This document shows positions 35,501 to 48,900 of a stretch of DNA of 64,000 bases, piece after piece. Each line of letters begins with the position of its first letter. The first letter of the stretch is position 1. This DNA is from Asterias rubens (lineage: Eukaryota), in contig NC_047082.1 in NCBI RefSeq assembly GCF_902459465.1, forward strand, positions 12,028,001-12,092,000, given 5' to 3'. The notes beneath the pieces are model-generated. The model made no database searches. It was given only the letters and a program-made list of their open reading frames with translations, and was not told the origin of the DNA. The translations under genes were made by a program, and so were the position numbers.

Positions 35501-38500
35501 TAAAGGGAAGCTTTCTACTATCAATATCTTCGAACCATGTAAGTTTAATGTAAACGTTTGTATTTTGTGTTGTACAAAAAGTACCCAGACCATGAGAGAG
35601 CTGGATACACAAATCTTCCTTGAGTGTCCCTCTCACACTGGTCTTTTTCTCAGTCCGATCCTTTCCTATGGAACTCACAACCCATCAAACTGAGAAAGGA
35701 GACTCACATTCAAGAAAGAACCGTTTCACCTTCTGCTTATTTTGTAGATCCAAGATGTCAGCTTTAGTTATTGTTTTCTGTGCCAGGAGTGTCTTTTTGT
35801 GAGAGACATGACGCATTTTAAGTTTCCATTATTACTCAAGATTATTACACACCTGCTGTATCTCTCCTGTGTTTGTGATGATGTGTTGGATGCCCCCTGC
35901 TGCTTGCCCCCCTGCTTGCTGGAGCTGTATAGGAGTGCCCTGTGCTGGTACAAGCTGGGCAGCGGTGGTGTCTGTCCCCGACACTTGTACAGTCTGCAGT
36001 TGCTGCATTAATTAAACAATCCAATGTAGGTAATAACTTTGCTGTGTACCCTGCATGGCATCCTGGATCAAGTTTGAGTCCAAGGGGAGACTTTGGAACG
36101 CTAGTTGGCAGCAGACTTACCAGAAAATGTCAATTGTTTACGTAGTTCTGAGCATGCGCACATTACCAAGAGCATTGGATTCTACCTGGTAAGTCTGCTG
36201 CCACCAAGCGTCTTAAAAGTCTCCCATTCAAGAGTAACTAAGGTCGAGTCAAACAGCAAGTCAAAAGTCACGTGAGTTTTAAAACATCTTTAAAAAATTC
36301 CCAAATCTGACAAACACACATTTAGCAGCTTATAAATTAAATGGAGTTTTTTACTTTCTTAATTTCGCATCACTGGTACTCGCTTAAAAACCTTTCAAAG
36401 AGTAATAAATGTATATACAACATCAAAATTATGTTTTTATCATTAAGTACCTTATAAGGTACTTTTAGTCCCTATAAAGACTGATTGAAATTGTTCTTGC
36501 GACTTCGCAAGATACTCATGTCTAAACTATCAATTTTCTGCGAGTCTGAGTAAAAAAAAACACTAGTCTGAGTCCCAAGCATAGGTGCTCGAGTCCAAGT
36601 CTGAGAACATGGTCAAGTAAGTCTAAGCAATACAAATGTGACACTTAAAGCCCCGTTCCCGCTGGACCCCGCATTGATCTTGCAATTTGAGAAAAGGGCG
36701 GTTAAGACCCCAAAAGGGCGACAAAGGGTGATCAAAGAGAAATAAGCGTAAGTTGGAACGCTAGGGAGATCAGGATCTGACCGTGCAATTGCGAGCCTTC
36801 TCGAGAGTAGTGCTATGAAATGGAAATAGTACAGTAATCACAAAACTAGCCGTTCTATGAAATGTGGCCCTTGACCAGTCCTAGCCTTGACTAACCTGTT
36901 GAGCTTGTGTGGTTGCGATGAGAGTGCCCAGGTTTTGTGGAGTGGTAGCAGGAGCTCCTGTCGTAGAAGCCTGGGCTATCTGGTTCTGGGATAGTTGAAA
37001 GTAGTACTGGACCTGCTCTGGCATCATGGCTGCTTGCTGCACCTGACCATCCTATATTGTAGGTACACAACACAACAAATATCTGAATAACTAGTTCTTA
37101 TAATGCTGCATTTTACCAAAAATGTATCAACTCTTCATAAGTGACCAGGTCGTTGAGTCAATAACATTCCTTTACGCTTTCTCAGCTCCTTGGCAAGTAT
37201 ACAGCCCCGTGCTGCCGTGGCGGTCACAATTCTGGCTATAGCCCGAAAAAGTATCCCTACATTTATGAATGGCACTTAAAATGCACATTCTGCTATAGAA
37301 AGCACAGAAATGTTTTCACTGGTAAACACAGCTTGTATGAAATTGGGAAAGCTGCTTTAAACTAAAAAGAGAAGATAGGTAACAAACCTCCCCAAAATTG
37401 CTGTCTGAGAAATTCTGAAACTCTCAAGAAATTTTTACAGCATACGACTACTCTTTAGAAAATTTGTATCGGTTGCAAATAACCCGATTTATACTCCTAC
37501 ATGTATAAAGAAGCATCTCAAGGTTATGTACATTATGGCACTGTCGAGTGCACGTCACTCACCGTTCTTTTTGTGCTTTTCAGTTCATCTCTCGGGACGA
37601 TGTCAATCAGGAAATCAAACTGATCACACTTGGTTATTGCCATGGCGATATCATTCCTCTGTTAAGGTAAAAACAAAAAACAAGAAGTACATAAAAACCA
37701 CGCAAAATGGTTCTAGAAACAACCTAGGCCATCAACATCCCCCCCAAGAAAACATAAAGTACACGTCCACCTTTTGATCAAATTCAACTGATGCCATACA
37801 ACAATTTTGAATGGTTTCGGCGAATTTGGGAGTCAAGATCTCTATGTTATATTAAATTGCAAGATCAGTAATATATAATTGCATATATAATTGCAAGATC
37901 AGAGAAGAGAGTCCATGCTAACAAAAAAAAAATAATCTAAAACTGGGATCCATATCTTTAAGAAGTACATTGAAAAGATGGCAAGTCAACCTCACGGTAA
38001 CTTCTGGAGTTACAGATTCCAAGTCGCTTTTTATAACAGTATCGTCAGTGCTAAAGGAGGTAACGGCTACCTCTGAAGTGGAGTAGTTTTCGAGAAAGAA
38101 GTAATTTTCCACGAATTTGATTTCAAGACCTCAAGTTTAGAATTTGAGGTCTCGAAATCAAGCATCTGAAAGCACACAACTTCGTGTGACAAGGGTGTTG
38201 ACGACCAATCAAGCTCAAATTTTCACAGGTTTGTTATTTTATGCATATGTTGAGATACAGCAGTGAGAAGACTGGTCTTTGACATTTACCAATAGTGTCC
38301 GCAGGCTTTAATTAATATGTAGTGAGGTCAGGCAAAAACAACAGAAGACAATGACATATTTGTGTGGTCGCTGTGAGTTATAAAACTGTTCTTCACCTGC
38401 AATGTACGTCTTTTGTTGTCCTCTGTATGCAACCACGCTCTGAGTGAAAGTTCTGCAATGAACATTTCAGCTGCTTTGGAGAAAAGTACTGGGGCTTCGG

Positions 38501-40206
38501 CACTTATCATCTAGACAGTAAACAGAAGAGATTCAGTTTTATTTCATGGTCAAACAGGCATTCATTAAGCATATCTTTGGTAAATGAAACCTAGGGATTC
38601 AAAAAAGTAACAAGCACTACGACTTGTCTAAGCCTGGGTGACTAGTGCGACTAGTGTCAAAGTCGCGACTATTGACTGCTTCAAAGTGAAGTCGTGATTA
38701 CCGTTTTTCAACTATTCAGTTAATTGTGCAGCCACGACTACTTCAAAAATAGTAAAGACTTCCTGCTTGGCGAACCAATTGTGTTGCTCACGACTATTCA
38801 TGACAGCATATTAGGCCGTGTCCGAAACGACGACTTCGACTACAGCTACGGCTAGATCTCACGCGTCTGCTATTCTTCAACACTGGTAGACGCGCTGATC
38901 TAGACGTAGCTGTAGCCGAAGTCGTCGTTTCGGACACGGCCTAACACAAAATATACAATTCCACAATCCTTTCAGCATGAATTTTACTATATTGGGCCTG
39001 CGACAAACAACATGCTGCAATGCATCTTGGGAATAATAAATTAGTCGCGACTAGTATAGTTTTACTTATACCTTGACTTCGTCATCCAACTTCATGATTT
39101 TCTTGATTCTTGCCAATGGTAACTCCTGGGTTTTGAAGTCAGTCTGAAACAGAAAATTTAAAAGTTTTACAATGAAAGTTTTATCGTTCAATTATGACAA
39201 CAAACAGGAGGGTTATGATGCTTATTACCACATAATGAAACCCCCCCCTCATATGTCAGTAAAGAGTATTATATGACAATGACATGTGCATGTATGCATC
39301 ACATTTTACAGGGTCCATTGAACAGTGAGACCCTTTGGGCACCCTTTCACAATTGAGGACATGAAATTACACAAAGGCCAAGAAGGACACGACCTCTGTT
39401 GCCCTGGTCTTGGCCATCCTGCCCTTCAAAAGTTGTCTATTGAATTTAGATTTCCCAATGAAAAAAGGTGCCCTTTGCCAAATGAAAATGGCCTTGCCCT
39501 ATGAAATTGCAGGCCTGTAGTTGAGAATGAGATCAGCCACAAACTGGGCCTTACTTGATTAGGGACAAGCCCTGAAAACAAAGTAGTGAAAACCTTATTG
39601 GGGCAAAAGAGCTGCTTCACTTTCGTTGAGGTGATTTCTTCTTTAAAACAAGCCCCCTTTCCATGGCATACTATTACTTATTAGCAGAAGATAATAATAT
39701 AAATATATCAAAGTCTTATACAGCGCATGTATCTACCAAATAAGATACGCAAAAAGGTATACAAAAAGTTTTAATTGAAGTAATGAATTCTGAGAACCAA
39801 TTATGTAGCACCATATAAGGGTTTACACGGTGCTAGGGCGTATACAGCAGCTTCAGCTTGGAATACCCGGGCGAACCCCTTCACTTTTCGATAAGTGCAC
39901 TGGGTTCTTTTACATGCGTTTCACAACACATGGGATCAACGACTTTACGACCCATCCGAAGGACGAAGCTATAGTTAAGTGTCTTGCTTAAGGACACAAG
40001 TGTCACGGCTGGGGTTTGAACCCACACTGAGGTTACCAGAGTTGAGGTAAGAGCAAAAAAGAAAATTTGTTGTCATATACAGAATAAAAAACATTGTAGC
40101 AACTCACATATTTCAGGTTACTGATGTTGTCAGTCTGTTGTATCCAGAAGTTTTCATGTGCCTGTCGGGCTGACGAAGCATCGTCAGAAATCGTTGTTTC
40201 CTCCAT
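32514..40206 (-). CDS. NFYC: Nuclear transcription factor Y subunit gamma, 8 coding exons, 295 aa
   Basis: Exons 40108-40206, 39072-39143 ([19 protein letters not shown]), 38397-38510 ([38 protein letters not shown]), 37563-37658 ([27 protein letters not shown]), 36896-37051, 35853-36002 ([10 protein letters not shown]), 35091-35204, 32514-32600. Histone-fold domain nearly identical to vertebrate NF-YC, followed by a Q-rich tail. All introns GT-AG, phase 0. Confidence 0.97.
32994..34320. mobile_element. 1.3-kb non-autonomous DNA transposon, TIR CAGGCATGAGAAT, 6-bp TSD ATTTAC
   Basis: Perfect 13-bp TIRs; atttac at 32988-32993 and 34321-34326; no transposase ORF seen. Confidence 0.8.
34640..34985 (-). 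mobile_element. tRNA-derived SINE, second subfamily with CACCCAGG..TAAATGGGTACC central domain (other copies ~3265-3430 -, ~55190-55515 +, ~57005-57260 +)
   Basis: tRNA-like head with B box, shared gacacttgtgtccttgagcaagacactt block and L2-like tail with (ATT)n. Confidence 0.75.
38812..38943. mobile_element. Palindromic MITE (TIR TAGGCCGTGTCCGAAACGACGACTTCG) in an NFYC intron
   Basis: Near-perfect inverted arms of about 45 bp. Confidence 0.8.
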
Positions 40207-40702
40207 GGCTTTATAAAAAATAAAAATAAATTGTCAACATCATTGTAGATGAGAAAATAGAATGAGCTGTTGCAAACAACTTACCGACCAAAAGGACCGA
40301 AGGTATAAATGCAAAGATAGTTAATGGCCTGACGTTGTTGCGACCCTAGCATGGTTGCCTTTTTTTTTAATCACTTGGTAAAAGTGCATGCATCCGGCAG
40401 AGGTTGTACGCTCAAATATCGCTCTGTATTCTTTGTTCAACTAATTTCTACTTACCTACCCAGTTTGTCCTACTTAATAAACGCTATTAAGCAGGCAAAT
40501 GATGAAGCGACTACTTTGTCAGACACAAAAAAAGTATAAATTCTGAAAATTTTGAAATGTCTACATTGTAAACGTCATTTTATTTTTAACTGGCAACAAA
40601 CTGGACACTCCATTTCCAGCACCACTGGTTGTAGGGCTCAAATTTTACACTGGACTACAGACTTGAGGCCAGTAGTCAACTTGATGACCAGGCATGCAGA
40701 AG

Positions 40703-41238
40703 TTAGTTGCGATAACGTAACCCTCCTCCCGACGGCCGCCAGGCCGGAGGGTTACGAGTTTGTTTCGAGCGGAAACGGTTGATCTGGTCCAATACGTACA
40801 ATTTCGACAGCTAGTCACCAGATTTGCCCCATTTTTACCACTTTCAAAAATCATGACACAAATTCTGAGGGTACGAACATAATCTGCAATGTCTAATGCA
40901 GCCTGCCATAATACTCATAACACCATTTAGGAAATATTTCGAAGAAAAATTGAAAAAAACTTACCATCAAACGCATTATTTTGTTGTTGGGCTAAACCAT
41001 TCTGTAAAAGGGGTGTTACAATGTTGCAGTGCGTGTGAGCGCTGTCCGTTTGCATTGCACGCCGTTCACTCATAATGGCGCGCACGCACTGTAGCACTGC
41101 AACACTGTAACATTGTAACACCCCTTTTACAGAATGGTTTAGCCCAACAACAAAATAATGCGTTTGATGCGACAGGTTCAAAACTCGTAACCCTACGGCC
41201 TGGCGGCCGTCGGGAGGAGGGTAAACGTTATCGCAACT
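40703..41238. mobile_element. TAGTTGCGATAA-TIR element with 8-bp TSD gcagaagt and a nested perfect inverted repeat
   Basis: Terminal arms of about 65 bp; gcagaagt on both sides; a short ~70-bp relative at ~29763-29832. Confidence 0.8.
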
Positions 41239-41636
41239 AGCAGAAGTGTCCGGCAGTCTTGAGGTTTTTTTTTTCAATTGAAATATCAGGTTTAAATGTT
41301 GGCTTTGTTTGAATACCCTTCATTCCCAATCTTTTCCACAAGCAAGGGTAGTTCTTGAACCCTCATACCCATATTTATATAGTGACAAGTTAGATAAATC
41401 CTCTCTCCTAAGAAGTTTTTTTTACTTTCAGTCTTAAAATAGTATGTCTTTAAATACTTGTCCGAATAAAAAAGAGGAAAAAGAAAAGCTGTTTTTTTTC
41501 ATTTTGATTCCTGATCTATTTATTATTTTAGTCCAGTAAACCTTTTGACCATGACCAACAAGTCGGGCCTTTTGTGGTCTGGTGGATTTTTTTCTCAGAA
41601 GATCGAGGCCTGGCCCCTGTCTGACTAACTTAAGTA

Positions 41637-42588
41637 ATTGGCATGACTGTCAAGAATCCAATCTAAAAATACTTTGTATCATCATTGACTTGACTTTGAG
41701 ATCCTTGTTCTCATCCCAAACCAATCGTATTCTAACTCGTGTACGTTAATTGTGTTAACTTGGTAACTCGGTCGTGATTAGTGGAAAGTAAAATCTTCCC
41801 GAGTCTGCAAATTGCTGCACCCAATCCGATCGGAGAACGAAAACAACAAGGAAATACTAGCTGGTACGCGAACGACAGCTGCGACCAGAATCTACACGGC
41901 CTAAATAAAGCAAGGTACCCGCGAAACTGCACCGACGACAGGTTGACCAATGAAGACAATGAAAAATGGCGACGGCCAATCAAACAGCAATAGTAAAACC
42001 TCTCACTAGCCAATGACAAACTCCCCGCGAACTCACCAAGAAATCACATCATTTCAAGCCCAATTACCGTCCAATTGTCAACCAAAAATAGCACCAAAAC
42101 ATACCGAGTGAAACTGATGAACCTATGGAGATTAAATAGTGGAGTAGAAGAAGGGATACTTACGTTATTTGTCTAGGTTTTCCAGTCAGAAATTTTAGTG
42201 CAGCTGAAATTTGTGTACTGTGTGGGTATGCGTGCGCGTGTGTGCGGAGCAAAATACAGCATATACAGTACACAAGTACACACACACCACCGGTGCACCA
42301 CGTACTCGCTGATTGGAACTCTCCATTCTGCTACAGGGGTTGGGCAGTGTTCACTTTTATTGGAAACATAATAAAATATTTCCATCAGTAAGCAAACCTG
42401 CTTTATTGAATTGTGTTGTATCTTACACAGACTACAGAATAATCTAATAGTTATATGTTTTGATGGACAGTACAACCAAATATATGTAGACCTTTGTTTC
42501 TCCCCTGTAACAAAAGTGTTACAACCTGACTTTTTTCTCGGTGAGCTTGCTTGCTATCCTAGACGATGTGGCCTGGAGGCAGGATTGG
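41637..42588 (-). promoter_or_regulatory. NFYC promoter/first-exon region: CpG-rich, CCAAT cluster, candidate non-coding exons ending at 42037 and 42162
   Basis: Minus-strand donors gtgagt (42031-42036) and gtaagt (42156-42161). The NFYC ATG exon starts only 2 nt after its acceptor (40208), so a 5'UTR exon is required. 12 CCAAT/ATTGG pentamers and a YY1-like AAAATGGCG at about 41963-41971. Confidence 0.6.
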
Positions 42589-42911
42589 GTAAAATTAATG
42601 GGAATTGCCCGGTAAGTGTGTCCCCTCTGGTAACTTAGTAGTGGCCGGGGTCCGTTCCGCTATCGTTGTTGTAGTGGAGGACGATAGCGGAACCGTTCCA
42701 TGGAACGAACCTATCTCTGGACGACACCATCGATGCTATAGATCGATGTTACATAAATGTTTTCAATAAATTTAAAAAAGCTATGCGGCCCATGGCAACA
42801 GTTTCTATGGGTTACATCTAATTGCTGTAAACCATGGTAAAAACATGCCTTAAAAGTGTCAAACAATTAATGGACAAACGGCGCCCCATAGATATGTGCG
42901 CATTACAAGTC

Positions 42912-42912
<1 letters not shown>

Positions 42913-42945
<33 letters not shown>
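42913..42945. repeat. (TTA)n microsatellite
   Basis: Direct reading; probably a SINE/L2 tail. Confidence 0.9.
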
Positions 42946-42948
<3 letters not shown>

Positions 42949-44831
42949 AAAGAAAAACATTTTTAAATGGACTCCTTTTAAAAACTCAAAAGCCAACTGC
43001 AAGAGGCTGGTCAGCCATCAATTTCATCAATTTTTTTTATGTGGAAATTAAACTAGGCATTGAAAAAGGAAATGCAACATTCAAAACAAAATACCACACA
43101 ATTTATTGCTTGAGAATTCATAAACTTATTATGTTAATTTTATTTGTGCATGTCCCCTTAATCACCATGGTGATGATATTAACACATCTCCCTAAAAACA
43201 CTTTCACCTATAGAGTTTTTGTATCTACTTTCTTTGTTTACCAATAATAAGTATATAACCATCTTTGCTTATAACAATTATTTTAATAAGTAAAATTCAT
43301 TAACAAACTTCTGAAACAATGAAATAAAGAACTAGCAGGACAAACACATTTATTTGATTGTTTTTTTATTTTTTTCCAATACCAATTCCGTCTGCCAATA
43401 CATTTTGTTTAAGGCTAACAGCAAATGCTGTTTCTAATCCTACCAAATTATTGTTTTTTAAAAACAAAGCCAAAACTCACACATTACAATCGGATACAAT
43501 GACTATAGAGTTATGGAAATCAAATCTTGGGAGTAAATTAAGTGCATAAATGTGAATAGATTTATATGCTGCATTGTTCCCAACATGTTCTTAAGACCAT
43601 GTCACACGAGGCAATTTACAGGCAACCAGTTCCAGGTCATCTCCAAGACGAAAAGGCAGTCACGTTTCAATGTTTACCTCTTAATCTAGTGGATCATAAC
43701 ACAATGTTTTCATGTTCTAATGAACCATGTGCTACCAAAATACAAAATGGAGATGAAAACTCCAATGTTTTGTGATGGATGTTGATTAACTTTGGTTCTG
43801 CTAACCACAACATGTCTCCAATACAGAATGGATCAACAACAGGTCTTATAGTTTGATATCTCAGATCTCACTTCCAAGAGTGATGATTGAGCAAGGTATT
43901 CTGGGAAAGAAAACAAAATGGTGACGAGATCGCAACCCACTGGGAATGAGGCTGTTCTTGTATTGCTTTTTATGCAAATGATTGAAACTCTGTTAACCAA
44001 GGTTGAAATGGTAAATCTAGCACCCTTTTGGTACATCGAGCTATTGGAAACATGAAAAACATGAATGAGTTACACTGGTTTGAGAGATTAAGATTAAAAT
44101 GGTTTATACTACAACCCACCACTTTCAAAAACTTTTAACAACACACTGACTACTGATACAAAATGTCCTTGTGAGGAATCACATTAAACCCAATTAATGT
44201 ATCTACAAACCTAATCCCATCAAAATAAGTTTTTGTGAAAATGACATGAAACAAATTGTACAGTAAAACTAGCTGCTATGGATTACTCAGTGCTGAGTGC
44301 AAGCTGTGATGGTCTATGGGTACATTGCTTACATGACTACACACAAAAAGGTGTCGGTGAATGGAAAATGTGCATAATACCATAATAGGGAAAGCAATTC
44401 AAAACATTGCAAACTGTAAAGCTTATTGAAAATAAAATAAAGGCATAAAAGCAATAGCAGTATTGCCATATCGCTTCATTATCTATTTGAATGCGCCGGT
44501 ATTTTATCTACATGCATTAATCTGCTAACAGCTTACTTATTCTACTTAGCAAGTTTTTTGTTGTGTTGTGTTACAAAGCATGCAAGTGCGCAACTTCACA
44601 TAATGCATAGTACTTGTTACCAGGACCCAATTTCATGAATCTGTCATCAAGCAATGACAAGCATACAAAGTTGGAAACTAAAATATCCCTTTCCAAAACA
44701 CTGGCCCCACGTGTACCAACTGAGAGACTTGTGTCCTTCTTTTTCAGTTGCACTTTGTGTTGCATTACAAACCATCAATGCAAAACTTCACATAATACAT
44801 GTTCTGTAATGGTTACCAGGTTCCAATTTCA

Positions 44832-45090
44832 TTAAAGGAACATGTTGCCTTGGATCGGACGAGTTGGTCTATAAAAAGCGTCTGTAACCGTTTTTTATAA
44901 AATGCATATGGTTGGAAAGAAGCTTAAAAGTAGAATACAATGATGATCCACACAAGTTTGCCTCCAAATTGGGTGGTTTTCCTTTTACTGTGCAAACTAT
45001 TCACGGTCGGCCATTTATGGAGTCAAAAATTTACTCCCATAAGTGGCCAATCTTGTTAGTTGACGAGGTTTAAGGAAAACCGTGCAATTT
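44832..45090. mobile_element. Family C MITE, truncated
   Basis: One TIR plus central hairpin; the other end is missing. Confidence 0.8.
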
Positions 45091-45916
45091 CAACAAGCTA
45101 CCAACTAGCAGAGTTGTTCCTTCTTTTTTGTTGCACTTTTGAATCAAGCCCCTTGCTTTCTTTGTCTCTTACTGCTGTTTTTATGTCCTCATCAAAAAAT
45201 TAGCATTTTAAAATAAACCCACCACCAGTAAATACTCTACCTGCTGAAAATTACACTCATAACAACAAACACAAACACAAGTTTTGGTCAGTTAAAGATG
45301 AGATTTAAGTATCATGCAGTAAAGGATATGTTGTCCAGTCTGTTCAATCTTGTTTCCTCAGCTTTTTTTTTTAAAGAAGAAATTTAGAACTTTCACCGAT
45401 ACTTGATTCTTAAAGATATATAAACACACTCATGATCATCATGTGCGATTACTATAGAGTGACACAAGTAGGATACCACTACACACTTTACTTTATCAAG
45501 TAATAAACCACAAGGCCGGCTGGGTAACTTTTGATTCATTTTGAGTTGAACGTTTCATTTTAAGCTGACATTAGATTAACGTGTTGTTGCATTTAACTTC
45601 TCGGCTAAAATGAACTTGTTCCCTTTATTCCCTCAAATTCTTTTCAAACCGTAAATTTTAATTATATTCATTGTAAATATCTTGAGTATTTATTTCTATG
45701 GTTTATATCTTACTCTTCTATTAATAAGCGCTTTTAGTTGTGAGTATTAGAGTTATTAATAAAATGTTTTGCTCGTTATGATCCCCCAAAGGGGCTGTTC
45801 CACACATAACTGTTTTTGAATCTTCAACAAATCTCATCAAATATGCTGGGATGAAACTAAAATAGACAATGAGAAGAGGGTGTGGAACAGTTTTAACTTG
45901 CGAGGGCCACGCTGAT

Positions 45917-48900
45917 CTATTGCTCATATGGTGGTGGCTTGCTATCAGGAGACTGGATAGCATCACTGTAGGTTGGCAGCTTGGGGAGCAGAGCCTTGAA
46001 ACGGAAGACAAAGAATGAGAGTTTGTTTGTTTGTTAAGATGATCTCCCTGCCAAGGTAACTCAGCAAACTCCCACAATACGCCTCTTTAATATTTATGCA
46101 TGAGGTACGTCACAATGCTAACTCAAAAAGAGGCGATGGGCACAGCCACTGCAAGTGATGGGGAACGGGCGCCCATAGCCTCATTTTGGGTTAGAACTAT
46201 GGTGTCATGCATAAATATTAAGAGAGGCGTATGGGATATAAACGACAAGCTGGCAACAGCCAATCTCTCTCATTTAACGTCTATGATTATGAATGGCACA
46301 AAGTAATTGTGATTTCAGTAACTAGAAGACAATATTTATTCTGGTCATTGTGAAATCAGCGGTTAGCTGGGAGATTCGAGCCCACAACCTTGTGACTGCA
46401 TTGCAAGCCCTTCAGTCTAACCACTTGACCACGGTGACAATGAGAGCCTTGACGCACGAGGCAACTTTGACAGGCAACTTGGAGGCAACCTACTGCAGTC
46501 AGTGCTACAGCAACACTTTGGTAGCCCACTAGTAATTTTTTCTAAACAATGTCTTATCTGATCCACAAGAATATGTGAACACTAAAATATGAATGGATTC
46601 TCTTCTTGGAGATCGCCTGGAACTGGTTGGTTGCCTGTAAATTGCTTTGTGTGACATGGACCCAAGACAGTCATCCAGGGATGAGAAAATTCAGGCTTTC
46701 ATCCAACCAAACCCAGACTTTTTTCAGTCTACCCAGTAAACAGAAATTGCTGTAGTTTTCTCGTAATAAAATCAGTCATGCTCTTTGATCTACTTCAGGG
46801 CTCAACTTTTAGACTGGACCACAGGCCCGAGGCCAGTGATTTTTGGTTTTGGGGCCTGTCATGTCATCACTGGACAAGTCCGGTGGTCTTGGTTTTTTCA
46901 ATTGAATACTAAAGCCACACTCAGTAACATTTTAAAACAAAAAACAAGTATTTGTTCAAATGATGACACAATACCTTGCAGGTTATTACTACTAAATAGT
47001 GGACACTATTGGTAATTGTCAAAGACCAGTCTTCTTACTTGGTGTATCTTTAATATGCATAAAATAACAAAACTGTGAAAATTTTAGCTCAATCGGTCGT
47101 CGAATTTGCGAGATAATAATGAAAGAAAAAACACCCTCGTCACACAAAGTTGTGTGCTTTCTGATGCTTGATTTCGAGACCTCAAATTCTAAACTTGAGG
47201 TCTCGAAATCAAATTCGTAGAAAATTACTTCTTTCTCGAAAACTACGTCACTTCAGAGGGAGCTGTTTCTCACAATGTTTTATACCATCAACCTCTCCAC
47301 ATTACTCGTAATCAAGAAAGGTTTTATGATGATAATTATTTTGAGTAAATACCAATAGTGTCCACTGCCTTTAAAGCGTCTTGAGCATCACTGAGTGATG
47401 AATATGAGCGCCATATCAAAGCTACTATTATTATACAAGGAACCTGACCAGGTGGGTGGCAACATGATTAAGACTTTGCTTACCTCAGCATCCATGGCAT
47501 AATTGCCAGATTGGGCATTGTCTCCCATCTCACGGGCTGCGATGTACTTGTAGCATGACCACACACAGGCAATGCAGTAGGCCTGACAAAGACAAAGTAT
47601 GTTATTTGCAACTAAAGACTATAAGAGTACACTGTGAACCAGTGGTTGACAACTTAACGCTTTGATCACTATGCTCTGAGAAATCTTCAGGAGAATTCTG
47701 GATTCTGTTGCTAGATGCTACCTAGAGATAAAGTGATAGTTGGGCTTGGCTCAAAATTATAATAATACAAATAATAATTCCAGCTCTTCAATAGCAACAA
47801 ATTATCATTGCGCTTTACACACAAAGAAAACAAACCACAAAAGCAATTAATATGACACACTAGAATAAAAAGATTTTGAGGTTGCATTTGAAATTATCAA
47901 CTGTTGGTGAGGATCTAATGGTCTGGCCCGACACACTGAACGATCCATCGCCTAAATTAGTGCTTGAAGGCAGGAACGTGAACAGGATATGCTGGGCTTA
48001 GCTCGGTAACCCCGTGTCTGCTAAACCTAAACTGAAGCCCACTGTGAGTGGGTAAGGAGAGACGTTTACCTTGACTACCATGATCATCATGAAGATGACC
48101 AGGGCAACGATGACAAACCACTGGTTGTCCAGATCCATCTTGTTGATGGGCAGCTTCTCCTTCCAGTGCATGAACTCCTGGTTGTACGGGAACTTGCCCT
48201 AAGAAAACAATCAAAGAAAGAAATGTAGAACCCAATTTATTTTTACAATTTTGGGAACGAACACGAAAGAGGGGTGATTCTTGCATTTACTGTTATATTT
48301 GTTAACGTGTAACCATTTCTGAAACGGTAGGTTACACATGTAATCGTCAAGTTCTGAAACAGTCGGCTACACATGTAACCGTCCGTTCAAGAATTTTGTT
48401 TAACGACCCTCTAGTGATCAATGTAACTTGCATTTGTTATCGCACGTAAAGTAATAAAGACAACACGCCTGTAAATTTAAAATAATATGCCTGTTTGCGT
48501 GGCACAGGATCATGCATTGTGTACTGTGTGATTGCAATTTGTTTAGCATAGCGCCACAACATCTTTAAAAATAAATTACGTTTTGTACAAACAGTAAAAA
48601 TGTAAACGTTTAACCGGATGATCGGCCGATTTTCTGTGTAACTGTCACAGGCTTAACTACAAAGGATCAAAGCCCAATTTCGTAAAGCATGCGAGCATAA
48701 AAACTTGCTAAGCAAATGCAAATGTTGCTCAACAGAAACTGGTTACAACTTACCAGCCCAAAATCCAAAAAGTTTGCAACCAGTGCCCTATTTGCTTAGA
48801 AATTTGCTGAGCACTATTTTCTGCTTAAACAGCTTTATAAACTGTCTGAGAACTTCACAGGTGGGCGGGGTTAAAATGACTTACACTGTCTTCGTAGTCA

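Noticed and set aside
32601-40107. Intronic mir-30 cluster, as in vertebrate NFYC
   Set aside because: I did not see the mir-30 mature sequence (TGTAAACATCC) on the gene strand by eye. A covariance-model search would be needed to exclude a diverged hairpin.
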